Under the pieces are notes generated by a model. It searched no databases, was not told the DNA's origin, and worked only from the letters and a program-made list of their open reading frames with translations. From NCBI RefSeq assembly GCF_037042905.1, contig NC_087246.1, positions 2,110,001-2,174,000 of the forward strand: 64,000 nucleotides of DNA, read 5' to 3'. How positions within the stretch are numbered: the first letter of the stretch is position 1; each line of letters begins with the position of its first letter. This DNA comes from Lytechinus pictus (lineage: Eukaryota). Shown here in pieces: positions 54,927 to 64,000 of this stretch. A program made the position numbers and the translations under genes.

Positions 54927-55230
54927 CTGTGTGTGGGTTAATCCAATGCCAGTCTCGCCAGTATCCTGAATGTGAGAATATAAATCCACCATGGTTAGAG
55001 ACCTCTGTACCCTCTGTATTGGCTCGACAGATGCCGTCTCTCCATCATGAGGTTCCTAAATACAGGATATAGAACACACGGCCATGACATGGATGCCGCC
55101 TATATCACAGCGTTAGGGTCTACTGTATCATGCGTCCTCTTTCCGCTGTGCAACGCTTGAAACCCTTCTTTTCCTCAGGAAAACGAGAGAAAGTGTGAAT
55201 CATTCATTTAAGGGTGCTCGTCGGCGCCTC
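54927..55230 (-). promoter_or_regulatory. Probable non-coding first exon and promoter-proximal region of the sulfotransferase gene
   Basis: Donor CAG|GTACGT at 54926 closes a GC/CpG-richer unique segment; transcription start not definable. Confidence 0.45.
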
Positions 55231-55743
55231 ATGCTAAAGGGGAATGAATAACGAGGGTGAGAAGGAGAGAGATACAGGGGACGAGGAGAAAGAGTGAGAG
55301 AAAGGGGGAGGGAGAGAGATGGGAGATGCATCATCGGCTTGGTAATGTGTTGTGTGACTTTGCAACGAAAAGAGACGAGAAAGGACTGTTCCCGCCCGGT
55401 GTATGTGCCTGCCTGCCTGCATGCATATTACATGCATCGTATATACGAAGCAATCTCAACCATGCAACGTGCAGACGATAACGGGTCCCACAAATTTAAT
55501 TCAGTCAAACATGCATGTTGCGTGTAGTCCACATGCCAGAGAAAGGTGCATTTTATGCCCCTCCGTTGAATATCTGCAGGAATAAGTCCATTACCCTCCG
55601 ATAAGCATGTACTGATTGATCTTACAATCAATTTAGTCTGGTGTTATAGCAATGTATGCTGATGATTGTAATAATATAATAAATACTGAATACCAGATAT
55701 AAACATTAAACTTAAAGGGGTAAATACAAATTTTAACACAATG

Positions 55744-55748
<5 letters not shown>

Positions 55749-55792
<44 letters not shown>
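55749..55792. repeat. (TA)n microsatellite
   Basis: Seen directly. Confidence 0.95.
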
Positions 55793-55794
<2 letters not shown>

Positions 55795-55959
55795 ACGGTA
55801 ATTACTTTAAAAATAAAGGGGAAAGAAACGGTAACCTGACCATACATTATTTGAATATTTATTGAGAAGTTGGGTTTTAAAACTCCTTTTAAAAACATGT
55901 AATGATGGACAAGATTTAACATAAAATGGTAACTTGTTCCAGATAATTGGTCCTTTCTA

Positions 55960-55990
<31 letters not shown>

Positions 55991-56402
55991 GTTCTTTGCT
56001 AAAGAGGGGCGTATATATATATATAGTTCTTTGCTAAAGAGGGGTGTATTTTGGGTATGTAGAAGTTTGAAGATCCTCGCGTATGATAAGGAACACATAC
56101 AGTAGTTTCCAACTCTACCGCTTTTCAAGCATTTTTGGAGCACCTATCGCTTTTTAATTCTCATTTCGATAGAATCTACCGCTTTTTCAAATATCTGATA
56201 GCCAAAAGGATTTTCATACATTTTTACAAAAAAAACAACGCTAGATCTACACGATTCAGTGACTATGATAATGCTTACAAACCTCTTAAGATCTACCTTT
56301 GATCGTAATACGATATAATAATAATAATAATATTTGACTTATATCGCGCCAAATCCACTCTGTAGAGTGCTCAAGGCGCTTTTTAGGAAATTATAAAAGA
56401 AA

Positions 56403-59400
56403 TTAAGAAGAATTGAACAGAAATGTTTTGAGGTAATGTTTAAAAGTTTCAGAAGTCAAGCATTGTTTGATGTTTTGAGGGAGGCTATTCCATAGCTTAG
56501 AGGATGAGTAAACAAATGATCTTTCACCCCAGGTTTTGGAAATTTTGGGGGTAACAAGAGAATTGGAAAAGGAGGAACGTAAGGATCTTGAAGGGGTATA
56601 ACTTTTGATAAGTGAAATAAGGTACTGGGGAGATGAGCCATGAACACAATGAAAAGTTTACAACAAAATCTTGAACATAATACGCTGTTTTACAGGGAGC
56701 CAGTGTAAGGATCTTAAAATAGGAGTAATGTGAGTGCGCCTGGTGGATAGAGAAACGATGCGAGCGGCAGCATTTTGAAGTTTCTGAACTTTGACTAACA
56801 GATTCTGTGGTAGATTAAACAAAAGGGAGTTTCCAAAATCGAGACGGGACGAAATTAAAGCGTGAACCAATTTTTCTGTGGCCGGTCGAGACAAGTATTT
56901 TCTAATAAAACCAATATTTCGCAATTGGTAGCGAACGGATCTACAAATAAAAGATATGTGATTCAACATTGTCATGTGAGAATCAAAAACTATACCGAGA
57001 TTGCGACAAGAACTTGACAAATTTACAGTGAGGCCAGAAAATGAGATTGAGTCGATGTGGATTTTACTTAGCTGTACCTTGGAGCCAAAAAGAAGAAATT
57101 CACATTTGGCTGGATTCAACTTAAGAGAGTGATAAGTCAGCCAATTGTGAACATCAACCATGCAACATTCAAGACGATGGATGGAACTTTCTGCAGCTAG
57201 TTGATCCGAATTAAAGGAAATCATGAGTTGGATGTCGTCTGCATAAATATGGTATTTTATGTCATGTTTCAACAGAACTTGTCGCAATCCAGATAAATAA
57301 ATCGAAAAGAGAGTTGGCCCGCCCACAGAACCCTGAGGTACTCCACAAGAGAGAGGCAAAGCATCAGATTTATAACCGTTAATACAAACGATCTGAGAGT
57401 GGAATGAGAGATAAGACTCAAACCACTTGTAAGCCTCACCCTTAACACCGAGTGAACTAAGTATGTTCAAAAGGATAGTGTGATTTACCGTGTCGAAGGC
57501 GGAGGACAAGTCTAACAGCAAAAGAGCTGTGGTGTTCCCTTTATCCATGCCTTGTAGGATATAATTAGACGCGTCAAAAAGTAGTGTTTCTACACTATGA
57601 TTGGACCTATAACCAGACTGGAAAGGATCGAGCAAATCATTATCCGAAAGGTATTCAGACAATTGAGAGAACACAATCCTTTCAAGAATCTTGAATAAAA
57701 ATGGTAAGTTTGAAACTGGGCGGTAGTTTTGCAGGGAGTTTTGGTCCAGAGAGGGTTTTTTTAACAGTGGGGTAATGAGAGCAACTTTCAGAGAGGGAGG
57801 AACGTATGCCTGTTCTATACTCATATTAATTAGATGAGAGAGAATTGGAGCAACAGAAGGGGAACAATCCTTAAGTAATTTAGTGGGAATGGGATCTGAC
57901 TGACATGACTTGGGAGGGAGTTTACGTAAAAGTGACATGATCTCGTCAGGAGTGGTAGGTTGGATAGTTTCAAAGGAAGAGGAAGTGAGCTGGCTGTGTG
58001 GAGACTCATCTGGTGCTAAACTATCGCAGATCATCTTGACTTTGGTCTGGAAGAAGTGAAGGAAAGTAGACGCCATTTGCGAGCTGTCTGAGTGGGAAGG
58101 AAGAGGTGACGACTGTCGACGGTTCAGTAGCCGATTAGCTACAGAGAAGAGTTTTTTGGAGTCGTCGTGACAGTCTTCAATGATAGCCACATAATAGGAA
58201 CGCTTTGCCCTCTTCACTAGGGAATTGACAAGGTCACGCTGGGCAGAGAAGAGTTCCCGGTGGATATGAAGTGAAGACTGCCGCCATTGCCTCTCCAGCC
58301 TTCTTCGTTTTTTCTTCTGAGAGCGGATGTTGTCATTATACCATGGAGAGTCAACATGAATCCGGACTTTCCTTTCTTTCGGGGGTGCATGAATATCGAG
58401 AATCCTTCCCAGTTCAGAGTTATAACGATGTACGGCGGTGTCGACACAAAAGTCGGCACTCTCTGTCCTAGGAGCAATGATGTCACATTCAGTGATGTCG
58501 TTCGCGAAAGCCACCCTGTCGATGTTGTTGATGTTGCGACTGATTATAGTGGACTGGGACCGACTCGGCTTGGGAAAGTTGACCTTCCATAAGATGGCAG
58601 AGTGGTCTGAGATGCCAGGTATGACTCGAGGCTTCGATAAGAGAGCTCGATCATCAGAGTCCCTAACCATGACAACATCAAGGATGTGACCTCTGTCGTG
58701 TGTTGGAGTATCAACTAGCTGAGAGATGGCGTGACCGCTAATTAGATCATTAAACTTCTGTGTGTTAGGTGAAGAGTAATTGTCTAGGTGAATGTTCAGG
58801 TCGCCAGTGATGATAAAAGGTGGAGTTCGATATATGCTTCTATCCAGGAAATCAGAGAATTCATCTAGGAATCTGGAAAAGCTATGTCCACCAGGAGGCC
58901 TGTAGATTACAGAGATGTCCATGCAATTAATATTGTTGGAGATGGTTGCGGATAGACATTCAAAACTGTTGAATTTTTCATGTGGCTTGGTGACAACGTG
59001 AAGACTGTCCTTATGAAGAAAAGCCACTCCACCGCCACGCCCAGAGACCCTTGGACAATGCTTGAAAGTGTAGGAGTCAGGACACAGGTCACCTACGACT
59101 GCATCGTCATCTGATGTCAGCCATGTCTCACTTACACAGATAAAATCTAATTTGTGATCTATAACAAAATCTTGAAAAATAGTTGCTTTATTACGTAGCG
59201 ACCGGGAATTAATGCTGGCAAATTTAAGATGCCCCTTAAAGAGACATCGCCCTCCTCTCTTACCCCGATGTGTCCTCCGCCTTCGACAAAGTCTACTGAT
59301 CCCGAGAGACACCAGCCGGTCCCATACAATGGGATTATCTTCCCGCCATCTTCTCGTGGAACAACTATCCCTTATATTAAGGGCATGAAGTGTCTGACTG

Positions 59401-59690
59401 TCATATGTAAAATGTGATGTAATAGAGTCAGCTGAAAGATTGGATCCACTAGAAGAAGGCCCAGGGTTAGGGTTGATGTCTCCCGAGATCAGTAGCAAAA
59501 TGCGAAATCTAGAAAGAGAATTAGCATACCGCTGAATGGGTGTACCAACATACTTGTGCTTTCCATTTGGATCAGGTTTAACAGCATTACATGGTCATGT
59601 AACAGCAGTATCAAGAACAAGTTCAGTAGTGAAAGACACAATACAAATGGATACAATAGATGCTAAGGCTCTCAGGCTAGCCAATTTCAT
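56403..59690 (-). pseudogene. L2 ORF2 (leader, 2A-like motif, AP endonuclease, RT) with two in-frame nonsense codons
   Basis: One reading frame from ATG 59690 to TAA 56403, broken only by TGA 59595-59597 and TAA 56658-56660. Motifs NSRSL, VSETWL, GGGV, IYRPP, GDLN, SDH, QSGYR, DLSSAFD, GVPQGS, YADD. Confidence 0.92.
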
Positions 59691-59774
59691 TGTGAAAGTG
59701 CGCACAGCCGTACACTGTGAATGTGCCCTATGATGTACAACAAAAGTTAAACATGCATGTGAAAATGGCTACTA

Positions 59775-59941
59775 ATACCTTGGTCACATTTGTTCTACGG
59801 CGGCCGTACGGCAAGTCGAAAACAGCCGTTTTATTCATTTTTATTCAAACCACCTATATGTAGCTGGTACAAAAAAAAATGTTAAAACGGCTGTTTTCGA
59901 CTCGCCGTACGGCCGCCGTAGAACAAATGTGACCAAGGTAT
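59775..59941. mobile_element. Palindromic MITE (TA target) in the L2 5' region
   Basis: Near-perfect arms of about 58 bp, ataccttggtcacatttgttctacggcggccgtacggc... ; TA flanks. Confidence 0.9.
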
Positions 59942-60334
59942 TACTTACAACACAGTAATGCAGTGGTGAAATAAAAAATCATAGGATAGCAAATATACGA
60001 AAAATATAGCAAAAAATGAGACAAAAATTGTCTAGTAGGTTCCTGGAGTCATGCACAAAGACATCATATAGCAATAAAGAGAAAACATATGCTTGAACTA
60101 TACAAATTAAGATAGAAACTAAGAGCTCTGTGGGAAGGCATCCACCAGGCGCACTCAACCCCAAAAAAAAAAAAAAAAAAAAAACCGCATAATGCGTGCA
60201 TATCACTGCGCTCCGCCTTCCGCCAATGTGTATACTACCGCGAAGGAAAGAAATAGTGAGTGGCGTTATCAGTCCGCTCATTTGCTTACAGACCAGGATT
60301 TCCCCCCGGGGATTTTCATTTAACAGTTTTTTTT

Positions 60335-60476
60335 AAACTAAGCAAAACTTCAAAATATCATTTCATTCTGTCATGTATTTTACATCCGATTTTAATGAAC
60401 TTTTCAGTGTTATGCTTGTTTGATTTTTCTCTTTTTGTTCAAATCAACTTTTTATTGGGGTGGACTTGACATTTAA
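60335..60476. mobile_element. One arm of a Kolobok-like MITE
   Basis: ccgattttaatgaacttttcagtg...tttttattggggtggacttgacat|TTAA resembles the right arm of 24795-25371. Confidence 0.6.
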
Positions 60477-61139
60477 GATTGTTATTCACTTCCATGTTTC
60501 CACGTAAAATCATGATAAAAAAATCTTATAGACATTGTCTATTTTCCGTTAACTGAGAGAAATTGCCAGAATGACAAATAGAAGCACTGTGATAGAGTAC
60601 TTTGTCAGTTCAAAAGATAGAAATCAAACTTGACATGCGACTGATATTGATTTTGACAAAATTACTTTTGAATTCAAAGAGCGTGTAGAAAAAGGTTTCT
60701 TAAATGCTTACATAAATAACAAAATATAAAAAGATGTAATTTCTTCAAATAATTGTTTATATTTTATTAAACGACTGTTAGACTGATCACTCTGATTTCA
60801 AACTATGTAGATCTATCACTTTGTTACAAATGCCTATCAGAAGTATACACCATTCATTAGGTAGGGGTATATCATGATTAAAATAGCACATTAAATTCAG
60901 ATCTGAAAGTGCTTAAAAATGTATCAAATAGATTTCAAAATTTGAAATGTCTCTAGCCCTTGAAGGGGGCAAGCCTCCCTCCCAGACCCTCCCCCGCTCG
61001 GTCGCTCTGCTCCCTCGCCGAGTCTACCGCTTTTGTTTTCTTCTAGGTTGGCAAGTATGGGAACATCGGCATTGTAACAAAATATTTCTGAGATTTTGTT
61101 TGGAATATAGCTTTTTTAACATAAATACATAATTTTTTT

Positions 61140-61545
61140 TTTGCAATTTCATAATCAGAGAAATCATATACATTCAACAAATTTAACTGACTAAACAGCG
61201 GCTTGGATTGGGCAAGAAAATTGGCATGTGTAATGATTCTCACTGCTCTTTTTTGTAGCCGGTATAAACGTTGCATTGAATATGAAGTTCAGGAAGTCCA
61301 GTCACAGTCACACCCAGAAATTTTAAAGAAGTACATCTATTAATAATGTTATCATTCATAGAAAAAACTATTATAATCAATGAACTTGTTAGATAACATC
61401 ATGCTATGACTGAGTTTATTAGTGTTTAAAACCAATCAATTGGAGACCAGCCATGAATTTATTTTACTGATTTCGTTATCAAAATTAAGAATCAAATTCG
61501 CGATATTATAATCACTCAAGAACACACTGGCGTCATCTTATCCAT
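61140..61545 (-). pseudogene. Decayed CR1/L2-type ORF2 C-terminal fragment
   Basis: RLYRLQKRAVRIITHANFLAQSKPLFSQLNLLNVYD; upstream remnants FLGV and DDASVFLS. Confidence 0.75.
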
Positions 61546-62835
61546 GTCATCATTGAGTTTTTGTCTCTCGCGTTCCATTGTCACGGCCACCGCTCTTTGA
61601 ACGACTGTATCAATACGATCTAGGTACGCTGGGCTTTGTTTAGATCCAGTCAACGATGGAGCAGAGGGTGGGGTACATGGATCAGCTGAGTGCAAACGGC
61701 CCCTCGATCTGGTGGATCTTAGACACGTTGTTAGAGATTACGTAATGATATAATTGAAATGCTGGATGGGCCGTGCAACTGCCAACTTACCAGTTCAGCA
61801 ATTATTGACAGCCTTCCAAAGTGACACAGCACGAAGATATCAATACGGGACTGGCCTAGTCAACACATTGATCCTGAAAAAACCATGGAGATTTCCCAGA
61901 CACAAAATGACTTGCATACATAAAAGATATGATGCACAATTTCCAGCGGGATCTAAACACTGTCCACACGCTACATTATGCTGATACACAGACTATCATA
62001 AGAACTTTATCAAGCATAGGAAATCTGGCATGAAATCTGGTATGAAATCTCTCGGCTCTCAGCAAATATTGAAATTTTTAAAATGAGTATAAAAGAATTA
62101 ATGCTCAAATGCATTTTCTTTAACTACAAAGGGGATCTATAATCATCAAAATAGTTGTAAACATTGACTTTTATATACAGCATGTTCAATTGATAAAAGC
62201 AAACAAAATAAAGATATAAAATACGCTTAAGCCGAATCTTAGGATTCAAAAGGAGTTCAAACGATTAAAATAAAGACATTATGTTTGAAAGTCACACCCC
62301 TATATTATTATTCAGTTTGTATTCACTATCAACGTTAATTCCTGTGCAGTTATCGCCTCTGATACCCCCCCCCCCCCTTCCCGGAAAGAGGGAGTTTTTA
62401 GAAACTAACGGATAATTTCAACAAGCCGGGATATATGTTATATGAAAGTTTTTTTTTTTACCATCAAAGGACAAAGACTTTTTACGCTTTCCTTTGTGCC
62501 TCTTATTTCAACTTCGTGTTGCCCAAGAAACATGCAACACGAAGTATTTGTATTCAACACTGAAGTACAAATGATTTTTTTTTGCAATAATATGCAATTA
62601 TGCACTATATAAATAAAGTGTAATTCCAAATAAATATTATTTGGAAGGAAATGTACCACGAAGGGGGCGTTTGAATAGAAAAAAGTGTCAGAAGCAAAAA
62701 CATTCACTCAGTTTGCTTCGTTTGCAGGAGAATATTGGACAAACATATTGGATAAACAACTGATCAAAGTCTAGTTAACATTGTAAATACAAGAAAAACA
62801 TAATACCTTGTCCTGTTGTTAGTCGATTTGACAGT

Positions 62836-63320
62836 CCCATAGGCTCAATACACCAACCTAGAAATGTTTTTTCCGATGAAGTTTTTTTCTTGATTCGTGT
62901 TGCTATGGGGTCCTGGAACAAATTCAGCTTGGTTGCCCAAAGTTGCCGTTTGGGCAACTTTGCCAATTTGCATAAATCCAAAATGGCCGCCAGATGACAT
63001 CTTGAAAACCTAACTTTTGAACCCATTGACCCAAAATGATGAGTAATGACTCTTTTTAGGGGTTTCTGGGTGTGTAGAACCGATTTATGTTATCATTTTT
63101 GCAATATAAGGTCATCTTCAGGTCAAATCCAAGATGGCCGCCAGAAGATGCCATTTTGAAAAAATTAACTTCTGAACCCTATGTCCCAGAATCATGAATA
63201 ATACCCATTTGCGTGAATTATTTGGTAAGTTGATTCCATTTCTGTTAATAATTTTGCAATATTAGATCATCTTCAGATCAAATCTAACATGTTCAAGATG
63301 GCCGCTAAACGCCATATAAA
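62836..63320. mobile_element. End of a CCCATAG-terminated (CMC/EnSpm-like) element with repeated CAA(A/G)ATGGCCGC
   Basis: cccatagg start; motif at about 62980, 63130 and 63294; other end not found. Confidence 0.45.
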
Positions 63321-63519
63321 AAAAAAACTACTTCCCGTGACTATTGAATCTTGAAGAAGTACTCTCGTACAGCGTACACGCTGTCCTGAAGAGGTTACTA
63401 TTATGTGTAGGAGATCATGTAAGGGGATTTTAGTAAGAATGATTCATTTCTTTTAATCACTCAATTTTTAGCTCGAGGTCAAGTCATGTCTAAAATGGTC
63501 AGATGGTTGATAGACTTCG

Positions 63520-64000
63520 TCATCAACCGCTCACTTTAGGATCTTCTTCTCCAAGCTTCCCCAGTATGCATTTGGCGGATGCACAGAAGGCTTCTATATC
63601 CGTACCAACGCAGAAAGGGAACTCAACATCGACCGACTACCTGCCAAAACAATGGTCAGGATGGTTCCCATTCGTGAGATCTTGTACGGAAACGATGTCG
63701 CCCCTGCCTCTCAATAAGAAAGAGTACAAGACCTAGTCACACAGCCGCCTGGCAAGTGCATGTAAGGAGTTTGGATCACCCATCAGCCTGTGAAACAGAG
63801 ATCCTGATCGACTCAAGACACTGACTGTCCTCCAGATATCACTATCAACAGAACGCACTCGTCTGGTTGTGGTGGACTCCTCACCTACCTTGGATCACCT
63901 ATCTAGCTCCCTTTCACTGGACAAGGAGATAACCACCAGGATAGGAAAATCTGCCATAGTCATGGCAAAGCTCCTGTACGGAAGTCCTGGAAAACGTACG
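63520..64000 (+). pseudogene. Decayed RTE (BovB-like) RT fragment
   Basis: Remnants RLPAKTMVRMVPIREILYGNDVA, LASACKEFG, TYLGS, SLDKEITTRIGKSA across frameshifts. Confidence 0.8.

Larger units (their letters stand above)
56314..60162 (-). mobile_element. Near-full-length L2-clade LINE with (TTA)n tail and no evident ORF1
   Basis: Tail at 56314-56331; EN+RT ORF; L2-type C-terminal HITPILRSLHWLPV motif; 5' end approximate, no TSD found. Confidence 0.9.

Overview
AT-rich, intron-containing animal DNA with no prokaryotic features. The repeat repertoire suggests a marine invertebrate, probably a sea urchin (inference). One well-supported host gene is present: a minus-strand galactose-3-O-sulfotransferase-family gene (coding exons 52842-52673 and 28380-27288, 420 aa, about 24-kb intron, probable non-coding first exon near 55 kb). 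The rest is mostly mobile DNA: three large LINEs (5'-truncated RTE-X/CR1-like at 5.1-7.1 kb, CR1-like at 30.4-35.0 kb, near-full-length L2-like at 56.3-60.2 kb), decayed LINE fragments, tRNA-derived SINEs, Helentron/DINE-like elements, many MITEs and large microsatellites. Four observations stand out. (1) A MITE fragment at the 5' end of the CR1-like insertion is heavily T>C mutated (A>G on the LINE RNA strand) in an ADAR-like context, apparently RNA editing copied into the genome by retrotransposition. (2) The 5' end of the L2-like element is perfectly complementary over 18 nt to a site near the end of its own ORF2. (3) That ORF2 starts with a signal-peptide-like leader and a 2A-like DINPNPGP motif. 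(4) Two 75-bp putative transposon ends lie back to back around a 2.6-kb spacer. All alignments and counts were done by eye; family names come from structural hallmarks, not database searches.
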